The notes: a model not told the origin generated them from the letters alone. 64,000 nucleotides of DNA from Bacteroides sp. (GCA_014802425.1 JAAVCH010000003.1:22372-86371); one strand, 5' to 3'. Positions 23,144 to 35,438 are shown, numbered from the stretch's first letter. Numbers and translations: made by a program.

Positions 23144-24337
23144 ATGATTATAGAAAACAATGCTTCCTCCCGGCTCCTGATGTCGGTATTGACCAAAGGG
23201 GTACTATGTCTGGGTATGACCGGATTGATTTCATTGGGCTCCTGTTCGAAGAGCTCCAAGAATGACCGCGATGCTGTCTCCGAGGTTGAAGTGGCATTTC
23301 CTATTGTGAAGGACTCGGTGGTGGTCTACAACAGTTATCCCGCGACAATCCAGTCTGACTCCAAGGCTGACGTAGTGGCCCGTGCCAACGGGCAGCTGGT
23401 GAAGAAGCACTTCGAGAATGGCGCCTATGTCCGTAAGGGGGATGTGCTGTTCACTTTGGAATCCACGATCTATGATGCACAGGTTCGTGACGCGGCCGCC
23501 GGAGTAAGCTCGGCTCAGGGACAACTCGATTACGCTGAAAAGCATCTTGCGGCTTTGGAGAATGCGTACACGGCGAGCGCTGTTTCAGAGATGGACGTGC
23601 TGCAGGCCAGGAGCGCAAAGAAGCAGGCAGAGGCCAATCTGCATCAGGCGATGGCTTCGCTTACCACTGCCCGGACTAAACGTGACTATTGCATAGTGCG
23701 TGCTCCCCTATCGGGGAAAATATCCGCCGCTACGCTTGATGTAGGAGCCTATGTGGCTGGCGAGGGCGCACCGGTGACACTTGCCACAATATATGATGAA
23801 TCCTCGATTTCGGCACACTTCAGTGTGCCTGACAGTGAGTATGCCATGATTTCGTCAGGGAATGGAGGTCTCTCTAATCCCATTTACCGGAATATCCCCG
23901 TTGTCATCGGCAACGCTCAGGAAGACTCAAGCGACGGTGGTCCTGTTTTTTCCGGAAACATAATCTACGAGGCCCCGAGTGTGGACTTGTCCACGGGTAA
24001 CATTCAGATGAAAGCACGCATAGACTCTCCCGGCGACCACCTTCGTGACGGCATGTATGCCAATGTATCGCTCCCCGTCGGCGTCACTCGGAATGCAATA
24101 CTTGTCAAGGATGCATCCATATCCACCGACCAAAGGGGAAAATACGTTTATCTGGTCAATGACTCAAATAAGGTAGTGTATACTCCTGTGGAAATCGGAG
24201 AATTGTATCAGGATTCATTGCGGCTCATCAAGAGCGGACTTTCTGCCGGCGACCGGTATGTGACTAAAGCCATACTCACCGTCCGTACGGGGGAAACCGT
24301 AAAACCGGTGGTCAGTAATCCGAAAGTAGGAAAATGA
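23144..24337 (+). CDS. RND efflux periplasmic adaptor (MFP), lipoprotein
   Basis: LGSC lipobox, GAYVRKGDVLF, VRAPLSG lipoyl-like motifs. Confidence 0.9.
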   Translation: MIIENNASSRLLMSVLTKGVLCLGMTGLISLGSCSKSSKNDRDAVSEVEVAFPIVKDSVVVYNSYPATIQSDSKADVVARANGQLVKKHFENGAYVRKGDVLFTLESTIYDAQVRDAAAGVSSAQGQLDYAEKHLAALENAYTASAVSEMDVLQARSAKKQAEANLHQAMASLTTARTKRDYCIVRAPLSGKISAATLDVGAYVAGEGAPVTLATIYDESSISAHFSVPDSEYAMISSGNGGLSNPIYRNIPVVIGNAQEDSSDGGPVFSGNIIYEAPSVDLSTGNIQMKARIDSPGDHLRDGMYANVSLPVGVTRNAILVKDASISTDQRGKYVYLVNDSNKVVYTPVEIGELYQDSLRLIKSGLSAGDRYVTKAILTVRTGETVKPVVSNPKVGK

Positions 24338-27300
24338 CAAAGACTTTCTCACCCATGTTTTCTAAGTTTTTTATAAACCGTCCGATATTCGCCACGGTCA
24401 TAGCCATCCTTATGATTATTGCCGGGGCAATGACGGTGTTTTCACTTCCGGTCGCGCAGTACCCAGACATCACTCCTCCGACAGTCATGGTCTCTGCTTC
24501 TTATCCGGGTGCAGATGCCAAAACTGTAGCGCAGAGTGTCGGAGTCCCTATCGAGCAGCAGGTCAATGGCATAGAGGGTATGATGTACATGAGCAGTAAC
24601 TCAGGCTCCGACGGTTCGTATTCCCTTACGCTGACATTTACCAACGGCACGAATCTTGACGAGGCCGCAGTGGAGGTGCAGAACCGTATCCAGGAGGCTG
24701 ACGCAAGTCTTCCGACAGTCGTGAAGCAGGAGGGTCTAAGTGTGCGTAAGAATTCCTCCAATCAGGTATTGTTCATGAGTATTCAAGCGCCGCCCGACTC
24801 AGGCTATGACGCGCTGTATCTCACAAATTATGCGCAGTTAAACATAATCGATCCATTGTCGCGCATCTCGGGAGTCGGCGGTGTGTCGGCGTTCGGCGGC
24901 GGCGAATACAGTATGCGGATATGGCTCGACCCTCACTTGATGGCGGAAAGAAAGGTGACTCCGGCTGATGTCACAGCCGCTGTTTCGTCGCAGAATATGG
25001 CAGTTTCCGCGGGTTCGGTCGGTGATGCGCATGCCGGCAAGTCGGAGTTCGAGTACTCTCTTGTCAGCCATGGCCGACTGACTGACGTGGCTGAATTCGA
25101 GAACATAATCATAAGGTCGGATAATTCCGGTATACTGCGTCTGAAGGATATCGCCAGGGTTGACCTCGGTAGCGAGAGCTATACTCAGGTGGCAAAACTT
25201 AACGGAGATCAGGTATGCCTGATTGGTGTGCAGCAATATCCCGGGGCCAATGCTCTCGATGTGGTAGATGGAGTGCTGGCAGAGATGGACAACCTAAGTA
25301 ATTATTTTCCGAAAGGCGTGACGTATTCGGTCGTCCAGAACGCCACTGATTTTGTCCATGCCTCAATCAATGATGTAATCACGACTTTCATACTGACGTC
25401 AATCATAGTGATGTTCGTGATAATGATTTTCCTTCAGAACTGGAGGGCGGTCGTTATTCCGATGATAACAATTCCGGTGTCCCTCATTGCGACATTCGCA
25501 GTGATGAAACTCTTCGGATTTTCCCTCAATACCCTTACTCTCTTCGGCCTTGTGCTGGCGATAGCCATTGTGGTGGACGATGCCATAGTGGTCGTCGAGG
25601 ACTGTTCGCGTCTCGTCGGCAAGGGTACGATGAATTCGCGTCAGGCGGCGATTCAGGCGATGAAGGAGCTGACTGGTCCCGTTGTGGGCGAGGTGTTGGT
25701 CCTGATGTCTGTGTTCATCCCTACCGCTTTCATCTCAGGTATGACAGGTGAGCTCTACAAGCAATTCGCATTGACTATTGCCATTTCCACCGCCTTCTCC
25801 GGATTCAATGCATTGACGTTGACCCCTGCCCTATGCGCATTGTTCCTTACGAAAGACAAGCCTACGAAGTTCTTCCTTTTCGTATGGTTCAACAGATTCT
25901 GGGCTAAGTTCGAAAGCCTTTATGAGAAGATAATCTCCCGGATGCTGGCTCATCCAGCCGTATCGATGGGTGTGTTTGCAATTATAGCTGCCGCGGGATT
26001 CTACGGTTATTCCGTTTGGCCCTCAAGCTTTATCCCCTCAGAGGATATGGGTTACTATATGACGAGTGTGCAGTTGCCCGAAAACGCCTCTCTTGAGCGT
26101 ACTACAAAAGTCATGGACGGACTCAGCCGGAAGATTCGTGAAAAGGTTCCCGGTGTACGCGACGTGATGCAGATTTCCGGATTCTCCTTTATTGCCGGGG
26201 GAGCCGGTTCGAATCTGGGTATCATGATGATAGAGCTTGAGCCTTGGAGTAAGAGAGGTTCTAAGGAGAGCGTCGACAGGCTGATCGACATGACTGATGA
26301 GATTGCGGCAAAGGATTTCCCGGAGGCCATAGTATTTTCGGTGAATCCCCCTGCCATACCCGGCCTCGGAGTCTCGGGGGGCCTTGCAATGCAGTTGCTT
26401 GACATAAATAATCTTGGACCTACAGAGATGAAGAAGGCGATGGCTGCTGTGCAGGAGGCTGCTGAGAGAGATAACCGAATTAAGAGTGTGACCACCATGT
26501 ATCAGGGAGAGGTGCCACAGTATGAACTTAATATTGACCGTGACCGGGTTGCCTCCCTCGGGATTGATCTTGAAGAGGTCTACTCCACCATATCCTCCTA
26601 CTTGGGAAGCGCGTACGTGGACGACTTCATTAAATTCGGAAAATCGTTTCAGGTCATAGTGAAGGGAAATGCCTCAAGCACCCGCAATATTTCCGATATA
26701 CGCAATCTGAGCGTTCGCAATTCGTCCGGAGAAATGGTGCCGTTGGATGTATTTACCTCTGTTGTGCCTGTTATGGGTGAGTCTTCGGTAAGTAGATATA
26801 ATATGTACACCACGGCTTCCCTGACAGCGAATGCCGCCAAGGGAGTCAGCTCGGCAGAAGCGATTAAGGCTATGGAGGAAATAGTGGAGTCGACCCTCGG
26901 TGATAATTACTCCTATGCCTGGACCGGAGAGGCGTATCAGGAAACCCAGGCGCATACCACCATATCGTTTGTATTTATCTTCGCGGTAATCATGACTCTT
27001 CTCGTGCTTGCCGCCCAGTATGAGAGCTGGACTGATCCGCTGGCGGTCATCCTGAGTATGCCGATCGCTATTTTGGGTACGATTCTGGGGTGTATCTTCC
27101 TTTCACAGAGTGTGAGTATATATACCCAGATTGGTCTGATACTGCTCCTGGGCATGTCGGCCAAGAATGCCATTCTGATTGTGGAATACGCTATGGACTT
27201 CCGCAAAGCCGGTGTCCCGATTCGCAAGGCCGCCCATGATGCGGGCGTGATTCGTTTCCGGCCGATAATGATGACTGCGTGCGCCTTTGTTTTCGGTGTG

Positions 27301-27537
27301 ATGCCGATGATGTTCGCCACCGGAGCCGGAGCACATAGCCGTCAGGAATTAGGAACGGCCGTAGTATTCGGCATGGCACTCAATGGTCTGTTGGGTACGA
27401 CGTTTGTCCCCGTATTCTGGGAAGTACTTCAAGGATTTAATGAAAAATACCTTTCCAGGATATTCGCCAAGACCCGTCCTCCCAAGACCGCTTCAGCCTC
27501 TACGGATGATGAGGATAATGCGGCGGCATCCATTTAA
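24334..27537 (+). CDS. RND efflux permease (HAE1/AcrB family)
   Basis: FINRPIFA, QYPDITPP, IVVDDAIVVVE, KNAILIVE, RFRPIMMT. Confidence 0.95.
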   Translation: MTKTFSPMFSKFFINRPIFATVIAILMIIAGAMTVFSLPVAQYPDITPPTVMVSASYPGADAKTVAQSVGVPIEQQVNGIEGMMYMSSNSGSDGSYSLTLTFTNGTNLDEAAVEVQNRIQEADASLPTVVKQEGLSVRKNSSNQVLFMSIQAPPDSGYDALYLTNYAQLNIIDPLSRISGVGGVSAFGGGEYSMRIWLDPHLMAERKVTPADVTAAVSSQNMAVSAGSVGDAHAGKSEFEYSLVSHGRLTDVAEFENIIIRSDNSGILRLKDIARVDLGSESYTQVAKLNGDQVCLIGVQQYPGANALDVVDGVLAEMDNLSNYFPKGVTYSVVQNATDFVHASINDVITTFILTSIIVMFVIMIFLQNWRAVVIPMITIPVSLIATFAVMKLFGFSLNTLTLFGLVLAIAIVVDDAIVVVEDCSRLVGKGTMNSRQAAIQAMKELTGPVVGEVLVLMSVFIPTAFISGMTGELYKQFALTIAISTAFSGFNALTLTPALCALFLTKDKPTKFFLFVWFNRFWAKFESLYEKIISRMLAHPAVSMGVFAIIAAAGFYGYSVWPSSFIPSEDMGYYMTSVQLPENASLERTTKVMDGLSRKIREKVPGVRDVMQISGFSFIAGGAGSNLGIMMIELEPWSKRGSKESVDRLIDMTDEIAAKDFPEAIVFSVNPPAIPGLGVSGGLAMQLLDINNLGPTEMKKAMAAVQEAAERDNRIKSVTTMYQGEVPQYELNIDRDRVASLGIDLEEVYSTISSYLGSAYVDDFIKFGKSFQVIVKGNASSTRNISDIRNLSVRNSSGEMVPLDVFTSVVPVMGESSVSRYNMYTTASLTANAAKGVSSAEAIKAMEEIVESTLGDNYSYAWTGEAYQETQAHTTISFVFIFAVIMTLLVLAAQYESWTDPLAVILSMPIAILGTILGCIFLSQSVSIYTQIGLILLLGMSAKNAILIVEYAMDFRKAGVPIRKAAHDAGVIRFRPIMMTACAFVFGVMPMMFATGAGAHSRQELGTAVVFGMALNGLLGTTFVPVFWEVLQGFNEKYLSRIFAKTRPPKTASASTDDEDNAAASI

Positions 27538-27562
27538 GTTAAGTCCGAAAAGTTATAATCTA

Positions 27563-27602
27563 CATCGCCGGAAATTTCTGTCTTAGGAAATTTCCGGCGA
27601 TG
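27563..27602. terminator. Hairpin between convergent RND and sigma operons
   Basis: CATCGCCGGAAATTTC / GAAATTTCCGGCGATG perfect 16-bp stem. Confidence 0.75.
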
Positions 27603-27711
27603 CTTGTGTATTCAAATCCCTCCTCATGCTTATCTTTTGTACGCGCTCATAATTAGCGTTCAATGCCTGACAGCAGTTGCCGGGCCATCGATAGGCCTCA
27701 TGCTGACACAT

Positions 27712-28356
27712 TCACTTCCTGTCGGTATCTTCAGGGTCATTGATGAGTTCCTTGTAGGCGTTCATTATCTGTCGGTATTCTTTTAGTCCGATTGCGAGCC
27801 CGGCTGTTCCTCCGCATATCACGCCTATTAGGACCGGAGTGTCGAGGTGGATATTATAGATAAAGAAGCCGAGTGTCATGATTGCCAGTATGATCATCGA
27901 CACCATACAGAGATGATGTATATGACGGAGCCGATGTGCTTCCCGACTGACCCTCTCCACTGTCCATGTCAGAAGATTGATGTTTCTGGAGCAGGCCATT
28001 AAATAGGAATCCTCAAGCGCGGCTACGAGGAAATATAACCAAAACAGCCCCATACACACTATCTTTTGCCATCCCTCCACTCCTAACTCCGGAAGCATAT
28101 TCATAAATACCAATGGAGTCAGGACTGACATCACGATGCCGATAATGAAGAATTTTCGGTATTTACTCACAAGAGTCTCTTTGGCAGACTTAATATTGTC
28201 AGTTACAATCCGGCGTCCATCCTCTTCCATTGACCCTTCAAGTCTTTTCAGACGCTGATTCAGGTCTTGCCACTGAGCCTTGAGCATTTCAATCTCCCTT
28301 GTGGCCGCTTCACTAGTAGTTGCGTTTCCATTGATGGTGGGGTCAAAATCGTCCAT
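27712..28356 (-). CDS. Membrane protein, putative anti-sigma factor
   Basis: Directly downstream of ECF sigma; LKAQWQ N-terminal helix plus 4 hydrophobic segments. Confidence 0.6.
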   Translation of the reverse strand: MDDFDPTINGNATTSEAATREIEMLKAQWQDLNQRLKRLEGSMEEDGRRIVTDNIKSAKETLVSKYRKFFIIGIVMSVLTPLVFMNMLPELGVEGWQKIVCMGLFWLYFLVAALEDSYLMACSRNINLLTWTVERVSREAHRLRHIHHLCMVSMIILAIMTLGFFIYNIHLDTPVLIGVICGGTAGLAIGLKEYRQIMNAYKELINDPEDTDRK

Positions 28357-28434
28357 TTCTTATGTTCTGTTTATGTTGTTTATTCTTAGTGCTATTATTG
28401 GGCAGCCCTTTATCTTTGCTGCGATTACATCCCA

Positions 28435-28935
28435 TTACAGTTCGACCGTCATTTTGCAAATCTTCTCCTTTATCCTGCGCAGTCGCGTGGCGAGAGTGTT
28501 GCGCTGGAGGCCCGTAATGTCTGATATTTCCTCGTATTTCAAATCGTCCAGCCAAAGAAGCAGGATTGCCTTATCTTGTTCGGGAAGTCGGTTGATCATT
28601 CGGTGCATTGTCTTTAGCCTTTCGGTCTTGAAATCCTCCTCGAATGGATAATCCTGACCCTTGTCGAGCCTTTGGATTATTTTTTTCTTTCTTGTAGACT
28701 TTCGGAAGGCGGATACACAGACATTTAGAGTCACCCTGTAAATCCAGGTGCTGGAAGAGGAAAGTCCTTGGTATTTATCTCTCGCCTCCCATAATGTGGC
28801 CAGTACGTCCTGTCTGAGATCTCTGAAATCATCTTCATTCTCCGCGTAATAATAGCAGAGTCGTGTGATGATTCCTCCGTACTTCCGAATATGCTCCAGA
28901 AAATTGTTTTCTTCATGTGATGATGGCTTATTCAT
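28435..28935 (-). CDS. ECF-type RNA polymerase sigma factor
   Basis: DLRQDV, STWIYRVTLN region 2; YEEISDITG...LRRIKEK region 4. Confidence 0.9.
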   Translation of the reverse strand: MNKPSSHEENNFLEHIRKYGGIITRLCYYYAENEDDFRDLRQDVLATLWEARDKYQGLSSSSTWIYRVTLNVCVSAFRKSTRKKKIIQRLDKGQDYPFEEDFKTERLKTMHRMINRLPEQDKAILLLWLDDLKYEEISDITGLQRNTLATRLRRIKEKICKMTVEL

Positions 28936-29013
28936 TTTAAATACATAAAAATATTCAGGAGAAGAATTACATGCTATTAGTCGTTTTTACCATAAAATAG
29001 TTTCATACATCGG

Positions 29014-29056
29014 AAAAAAGTGCCGTCCATCCGGAATCTATCCGGACGAACGGCAC
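29014..29056 (-). terminator. Intrinsic terminator after glgP
   Basis: GTGCCGTCCATCCGGA / TCCGGACGAACGGCAC stem with T tract on minus strand. Confidence 0.7.
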
Positions 29057-29113
29057 CGTTCAGTTATGATTTAGGCCTACTACATTACATGTAAAGGCTC
29101 TATCTGTCAGAAT

Positions 29114-31675
29114 TTAAATCCAGCGGACATACGCGAAGTCCATGCGGTGAGGAAGCTCAGCGTTCTTCGGATACATTCGCATTGCGTAGCGGAACATACC
29201 GGCGTCTTTGATTTTCTTCTTGAGGGAGTAAGTCAGGACATCACCGTCACGTGCCACAACCTTCAGGTCTTCAGTTCCGTCGAATGTGCTTTCACCATCG
29301 TGTTCACGATAGTATACGAGTTCTACGCCGATTGAGTCACCGAGGCCTTTGGTGTCGATCTTACAGCTTACGTCAAGATCGGAGCCCGTGGAGAGGGCGT
29401 TGCTGAGGGAATCATTGTAGTTGGTGCAAAGCACCTGCACATCGTTCCAACGGGAGGCGACTTCCTCTTTCCAAGCCACGATTTCACGTGCCTTGGCGAA
29501 ATCATGCGCAGCGAGTTTGGCCGCACGCTTGGCCTCGGGCTTGTAGAAGCGCGAGATGTAGTCGTCGAGCTGACGCTTCATAGTGAAGATCGGAGCGATC
29601 TTGCCGATGGAGCGTTTGATGTACTGGATCCATTCAGTGCTGTAGCCCCTATAGTTCTTATCGAAGTAGAGGGGAATGATCTGGTTCTCAAGCATTGAAT
29701 AGATTGTAGCGGCATCGAGCTGGTCCTGCTGGGCATTGTCAGTGTAGGTGATCTTGTCAGTGAGGGCCCAGCCTGCGTCTTCGGCCAGCTTATAGCCTTC
29801 ATACCACCATCCGTCGAGCACCGAGAAGTTAAGCACACCGTTCATCTCGGCCTTTTCACCGGATGTACCGGATGCCTCAAGCGGACGTGTGGGGGTATTG
29901 AGCCAGATGTCGACACCTGTCACAAGACGCTTGGCCACAATCATGTTGTAGTCCTCAAGGAAGATGATCTTACCCTGGAACTGGGGCATCTTCGAGATAG
30001 AGATGATACGCTGGATCAGGCCCTGGCCTGCGCCGTCGGCGGGATGGGCCTTACCTGAGAAGATGAACTGCACGGGATACTTCTCGTTGTTGACGATCTT
30101 AGCCAGACGGTCAAGGTCAGTGAAGAGAAGGTGTGCGCGCTTATATGTGGCGAAGCGACGTGCGAAACCGATGATAAGGGCATTCGGATTGATTTTGTCG
30201 AGAATCTTCACCACTGCGGAGGGATCACCCTGGTTCTTAAGCCACTTTTCCTTGAAGTCCTTCTTTACGAAATCAATGAATTTATTCTTCATTGTCATTC
30301 GCATGTTCCAGATTTCATCGTCGCCTACTTCGAAGATGCCTTTCCATGCCTCGGGATTCGACTGGTCCTCGAACATTTCAGGACCAAGCTTCTCCTCATA
30401 GAATGCCTTCCACTCGCTGGCGGCCCATGTGGGCATATGTACACCGTTTGTGACATATCCGACGTGAGACTCCTCGGGGCTGTAGCCCTTCCAGATACCG
30501 GCGAACATCTTCTTCGATACCTCGCCGTGCAGCCAGCTTACGCCATTGGCTTCCTGACAGGTATTGAGTGCGAATACACTCATTGAGAAGCGCTCGTTGG
30601 TGTCGGGGTTCTCGCGGCCCATGTTGATGAGGTCGTTCCACGATATGCCGAGCTTGGCGGGATACTCGCCGAGATACTTGCCGAAGAGGCTCTCCTCAAA
30701 ATAGTCGTGGCCTGCAGGCACGGGAGTGTGTACGGTATAGAGGGATGTGGCGCGCACCATTTCGAGTGCCACATTGAAGGGCAGATGGTCATTCTGCACG
30801 TAGTCTACCAGACGCTGGAGGTTGAGCAGTGCTGCGTGACCCTCGTTACAGTGGTAGAGGTCGGTTTTGATGCCGAGTCTGTTGAGCATGATGACGCCGC
30901 CGATACCGAGAAGATACTCCTGCTTGATACGGTTTTCCCAGTCACCGCCATAGAGCTTGTGAGTGATGGGACGGTCGTATTCGGAGTTGTGGTCCAGATC
31001 GGTGTCGAGCAGATAGAGCTTCATGCGCCCTACATTGACACGCCATACGTGGCAGTAGATGATACGGCCGGGATACGGTACCTCAAGAATCATCGGCTGA
31101 CCGTTCTCATCAAGAACCTGGTCAATGGGAAGCTGTTCGAAGTTCTGGGGTTCGTAATTGGCTACCTGCTGCCCGTCGATGGAGAGGCTCTGTGCGAAAT
31201 AACCGTAACGATAGAGGAAGCCGACGGCTGTCATGTTGACACGGCTGTCGGAAGCCTGCTTGATATAGTCGCCGGCGAGGACTCCGAGTCCGCCGGAGTA
31301 GATCTTGAGGCAGTTGCACAGGCCGTACTCCATGGAGAAATATGCCACGGAGGGGATGTCGGTGTGCATCGGCTGCTTCATATAGTCCTTGAACTTTGTG
31401 TAGACGAGCTTGATGCGCTCCATGAATGCGCTGTCATCAAGGATTTCCTTAAGGCGTTCGTAGCCGATCCGCTGCAGGAGCATTACGGGGTTTTCACCGG
31501 TCTTGCGCCAGAGATCGTGGTCGATGTCGCGGAAGAGGCTCTTCCCTTCGCTATTCCATACCCACCAGAGGTTCTTGCTCATTTCCTCAAGAGGTTTGAG
31601 CTGTTTGGGGAGCTCAGTAGACACAGTCAGATTGTGCCATGTGGGATGATTGGAATTACTAACTTGAAGTTTCAT
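29114..31675 (-). CDS. glgP: Alpha-glucan (glycogen) phosphorylase
   Basis: [40 protein letters not shown] motif. Confidence 0.95.
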   Translation of the reverse strand: MKLQVSNSNHPTWHNLTVSTELPKQLKPLEEMSKNLWWVWNSEGKSLFRDIDHDLWRKTGENPVMLLQRIGYERLKEILDDSAFMERIKLVYTKFKDYMKQPMHTDIPSVAYFSMEYGLCNCLKIYSGGLGVLAGDYIKQASDSRVNMTAVGFLYRYGYFAQSLSIDGQQVANYEPQNFEQLPIDQVLDENGQPMILEVPYPGRIIYCHVWRVNVGRMKLYLLDTDLDHNSEYDRPITHKLYGGDWENRIKQEYLLGIGGVIMLNRLGIKTDLYHCNEGHAALLNLQRLVDYVQNDHLPFNVALEMVRATSLYTVHTPVPAGHDYFEESLFGKYLGEYPAKLGISWNDLINMGRENPDTNERFSMSVFALNTCQEANGVSWLHGEVSKKMFAGIWKGYSPEESHVGYVTNGVHMPTWAASEWKAFYEEKLGPEMFEDQSNPEAWKGIFEVGDDEIWNMRMTMKNKFIDFVKKDFKEKWLKNQGDPSAVVKILDKINPNALIIGFARRFATYKRAHLLFTDLDRLAKIVNNEKYPVQFIFSGKAHPADGAGQGLIQRIISISKMPQFQGKIIFLEDYNMIVAKRLVTGVDIWLNTPTRPLEASGTSGEKAEMNGVLNFSVLDGWWYEGYKLAEDAGWALTDKITYTDNAQQDQLDAATIYSMLENQIIPLYFDKNYRGYSTEWIQYIKRSIGKIAPIFTMKRQLDDYISRFYKPEAKRAAKLAAHDFAKAREIVAWKEEVASRWNDVQVLCTNYNDSLSNALSTGSDLDVSCKIDTKGLGDSIGVELVYYREHDGESTFDGTEDLKVVARDGDVLTYSLKKKIKDAGMFRYAMRMYPKNAELPHRMDFAYVRWI

Positions 31676-31738
31676 ATTTTAAAATGAATAAGTAATTTTC
31701 TTATAGATGGATGTCTCGCACGGTAAGCGCGAGGCGCA

Positions 31739-33391
31739 TTAGTTTCGTTTGGCTGAATTGCCGAGGGCAATCGTGAATGCCTTGTAGTAGTCTTCGATGA
31801 AGAAGTGCCAGTCTGCCTTACGCGAAGTGGCTGTCGCGGCTTCGCGGGAGGCTTTCACCTCTTTGGCGTCGGCTTCAAGATAGGAAGCTGTGGTACCGGC
31901 GATTTCAGCTGCGTTCGCGGGATAGTTCGTATCCTCACGGCGTATTACGCGCACACCGGTCGTCACGAAGTCATTCTTGAAATTGGAAAGGATCCATTGT
32001 CCGAAGCCGGCCTTGTCGGTAGTGACCGTGGGCACTCCGAATGCTATACTCTCAAGCGGTGTGTAGCCCCAAGGCTCATAGTAGGAAGGAAATACCGTCA
32101 GGTCAAGGGCCGGCAGGAGGTCATAGTAAGATATATTCACTATTCCGTCATGGCCATCGAGATAACAGGGTACAAATACAATTTTCACCTTGCCTGAGTA
32201 GCCTCCGTCGCGAAGTGCGCGGAGGCGGCAGCATGCCGGATCGCTGTCTTCGTTGTTGAGCCGATGGGTGAGATAGTTCTCACGGGGAGTATCGTGTCCC
32301 TGGAAGTTCAAGTCCATTAGAAGCTCTCCCGCGGGTTCCTTTACCCAGGCAGGCACCATTATCAGAGCGAGCACATCACGCTGCAGGTCCGGATGGTCGT
32401 TGAGTGCCACCATCGAGTCGATGAAAAGGTCAAGACCCTTATTGCGGTACTCATTTCGTCCGGCCGTGGCCACGATGAGTGTGTCATCGGACAGTTCGCG
32501 GCCGGCGAGCGCGCTTCCCACAGTCAGCAGACGTTTTCTCCCCTCATTGCGCTGAGCATTGTATTTCCGGGTGGAGGGAATGAAGTCGGGCTCGAATCCA
32601 TTGGGGGTCACGACAGCGGGAGTCACTCCGAGCAACTGAGTGCATTCGTGTGCGGTGACTTCACTTACAGTCGTAAAACAGTCCGCGTTGGCGGCAGCCT
32701 GTTTCTCAAGGGAGTGTTTTGACTCCATATTGAGCTCCTTGGCCATCTGGTCGCCGTTATATCCTTCGAAGTATTCATAGAGATGCTTGCCGTTGCCGCA
32801 TATTGAACGGCCGATGCTGGTGGCGTGCGTGGTGAAGATGGTGGCCGCTTCCGGAAAGTGCGCCTTTATATAGAGAAGTCCCATTCCGGTGGTCCATTCA
32901 TCGAAGTGGGCGATAACCTTGGATCCTTTGACCTTCAGGTGTGCCGCAAGAGCTTTGATAACTATGGCGGAAGCCACTGCGAAAGCGCAACCCTCCTCAT
33001 AGTCGCCGTAAGAGTGGAGGGAATCCACTCCAAATTTTTCCCACATCTCCCCATATATTTCGTTCATGTTCCCCATCAGGTGCTGGAACTTCACGAGCAC
33101 TACAATCGGAGAGCCGGGGATGTCCCAGCGGCCGGTACGGATGGTGATGTCGTTCGGGAGTTGTATTTTTGAAGCAGCACGTGAGAGAAGAGTCTTTTTC
33201 TCTATGAAAGTTGGACTCGGATTGTCGTCGCTCCAAACGTCGGGACCGATGAATATAAGCCGGTCTCCAAGTACCTTTTGAAGCTCACGCGCCTTTGTGG
33301 AGAGCACAGTATAAATGCCACCGATTTTATTGCAGACCTCCCATGAGGTCTCAAACAATAAATCGAGGTCTTTTTCAGAAAAAGTTTGCAT
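31739..33391 (-). CDS. Glycogen synthase, GT3 (eukaryote-like) type
   Basis: FETSWEVCNKIGGIYTVL, FTTHAT, FPSYYEPWGYTPLE. Confidence 0.9.
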   Translation of the reverse strand: MQTFSEKDLDLLFETSWEVCNKIGGIYTVLSTKARELQKVLGDRLIFIGPDVWSDDNPSPTFIEKKTLLSRAASKIQLPNDITIRTGRWDIPGSPIVVLVKFQHLMGNMNEIYGEMWEKFGVDSLHSYGDYEEGCAFAVASAIVIKALAAHLKVKGSKVIAHFDEWTTGMGLLYIKAHFPEAATIFTTHATSIGRSICGNGKHLYEYFEGYNGDQMAKELNMESKHSLEKQAAANADCFTTVSEVTAHECTQLLGVTPAVVTPNGFEPDFIPSTRKYNAQRNEGRKRLLTVGSALAGRELSDDTLIVATAGRNEYRNKGLDLFIDSMVALNDHPDLQRDVLALIMVPAWVKEPAGELLMDLNFQGHDTPRENYLTHRLNNEDSDPACCRLRALRDGGYSGKVKIVFVPCYLDGHDGIVNISYYDLLPALDLTVFPSYYEPWGYTPLESIAFGVPTVTTDKAGFGQWILSNFKNDFVTTGVRVIRREDTNYPANAAEIAGTTASYLEADAKEVKASREAATATSRKADWHFFIEDYYKAFTIALGNSAKRN

Positions 33392-33515
33392 CGTCAGATG
33401 TGTGTATTCCTGTAGATACTTATTTAGATACCTCTTAATGGTGCAAAGTTAATAAAAAAATCCCGATTGTACAAATGTTTGACTATAAGTAGTGGCTAAC
33501 TGATAAGAGTTTATG

Positions 33516-33546
33516 AAAAAACTCCCGTACCATATGATACGGGAGT
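33516..33546 (-). terminator. Intrinsic terminator after fumarase
   Basis: ACTCCCGTA / TACGGGAGT stem with T tract on minus strand. Confidence 0.7.
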
Positions 33547-33595
33547 GTGTCGTATAAGCCTCCGGGAGGTAATGTTCACTTATCGGATGTCAGCT

Positions 33596-35239
33596 TTATT
33601 TGCAGTCCATCGGACAGCGGGGCTTTATCTGCTTGAAGAAGTCGTTGCCTTTATTGTCGACGAGGATGAAGGCGGGGAAATTCTCCACCTCGATTTTCCA
33701 GATTGCTTCCATGCCGAGTTCCGGATATTCAAGCAGTTCCACGTTCTTGATGCTATCTTTGGCCAAGATGGCTGCGGGACCTCCGATTGAGCCGAGATAG
33801 AAACCGCCGTGCTTCTTGCATGCATCGGTCACCTGCTGCGAACGGTTTCCCTTTGCGATCATTATCATCGAGCCTCCGGCTTCCTGGAACTGGTCGACAT
33901 AGCTGTCCATGCGTCCGGCTGTCGTCGGGCCAAACGAGCCTGAAGGCATTACCTCCGGTTTCTTGGCGGGGCCGGCGTAGTAGATGGGGTGTTTCTTAAG
34001 GTACTCGGGCATGGGCTCACCGGCGTCAAGACGCTCTTTGATTTTGGCGTGGGCAATGTCGCGGCCTACGATGATTGTGCCTTTGAGGGAAAGGCGGGTC
34101 GAAACGGGATATTTGTTCAAATCCTCAAGTACTTCTTCCATCGGACGGTTGAGGTCGATTTCCACTACTTCTCCTTCACCGGCGTTACGGTATTCTTCCG
34201 GTATCAGCTCTGCGGGGAATTCGTCGAGCTTTTCAATCCAAAGCCCCTCACGGTTGATTTTGGCTTTCACGTTGCGGTCGGCCGAGCAGCTCACTCCCAT
34301 GCCTACGGGGCAGGATGCGCCATGGCGGGGAAGGCGGATTACACGCACGTCGTGTGCAAAATACTTACCGCCGAACTGTGCTCCGAGTCCGAGGTTCTGG
34401 GCGGCTTCGAGAAGTTCCTTTTCGAGTTCGACGTCGCGGAAGGCCTGTCCGTATTCATTGCCGTGAGTCGGGAGCGCGTCATAGTATTTGGCTGAGGCCT
34501 TCTTTACAGTGGCGAGGTTGACTTCGGCAGAGGTGCCACCTATTACAAAAGCGATGTGGTAAGGGGGGCAGGCGGCTGTGCCCAGCGATTTCATCTTCTC
34601 GATCAGAAAGGGCACGAGGGTTTTCTTGTTGAGGATTGCCTTTGTTTCCTGATAAAGATATGTCTTGTTGGCCGAGCCACCACCCTTCGCGATAAAGAGG
34701 AACTTGTACTCGTCCCCCTCTGTGGCGTGAATTTCGATCTGTGCGGGAAGATTGCAGCCGGTGTTCACCTCGTCGTACATCGTTAGGGGAGCGTTCTGGG
34801 AGTAGCGCAGATTGTTTTCGGTATATGTCTTATAGACCCCGAGGGAAATCTTCTCTTCATCATCGCACCCTGTCCATACCTGCTGTCCTTTATAGGCGGC
34901 GCAGATGGATGTGCCCGTGTCCTGGCAGAAAGGAAGCACACCTTTTGCGGCTACTTCGGCATTACGGAGCATTGTAAGCGCCACAAACTTATCGTTCTCC
35001 GATGCTTCGGGGTCATTGAGGATTTTGGCCACCATCTCGTTATGCTCACGGCGGAGCATGAACGAACAGTTGTGGGAAGCCACATTGGCGATTACGGTAA
35101 GCGCTTCCGGGTCAACTACGAGCATTTCATGGCCGGCCCAGTTCTCAACTTTTACATAGTCTGTTGTGATCAACTGATATTCAGTCGTATCGGGACCCAA
35201 GGGAAAGGGCTCCTGATAATGGAAAGGTTTGGTAGGCAT
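33596..35239 (-). CDS. Fumarate hydratase class I (Fe-S)
   Basis: [29 protein letters not shown] motifs. Confidence 0.95.
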   Translation of the reverse strand: MPTKPFHYQEPFPLGPDTTEYQLITTDYVKVENWAGHEMLVVDPEALTVIANVASHNCSFMLRREHNEMVAKILNDPEASENDKFVALTMLRNAEVAAKGVLPFCQDTGTSICAAYKGQQVWTGCDDEEKISLGVYKTYTENNLRYSQNAPLTMYDEVNTGCNLPAQIEIHATEGDEYKFLFIAKGGGSANKTYLYQETKAILNKKTLVPFLIEKMKSLGTAACPPYHIAFVIGGTSAEVNLATVKKASAKYYDALPTHGNEYGQAFRDVELEKELLEAAQNLGLGAQFGGKYFAHDVRVIRLPRHGASCPVGMGVSCSADRNVKAKINREGLWIEKLDEFPAELIPEEYRNAGEGEVVEIDLNRPMEEVLEDLNKYPVSTRLSLKGTIIVGRDIAHAKIKERLDAGEPMPEYLKKHPIYYAGPAKKPEVMPSGSFGPTTAGRMDSYVDQFQEAGGSMIMIAKGNRSQQVTDACKKHGGFYLGSIGGPAAILAKDSIKNVELLEYPELGMEAIWKIEVENFPAFILVDNKGNDFFKQIKPRCPMDCK

Positions 35240-35438
35240 GTCTTGTATGCGGTTTCTTTAAGGTTTTCGGCAAAGATACTAAATTTTTCGGATATGAACT
35301 TACTTCGTGCCCCATTTATGTTTTGTTTAAATCTCCGGGAGTGTGAAAATATGTGAAACGATAAGTCCGGGAGCGGAATAGTGCGGAAAAAAAACTAATT
35401 TTGTAAATTAGGTATCATACACGATTATCTACAAGATC

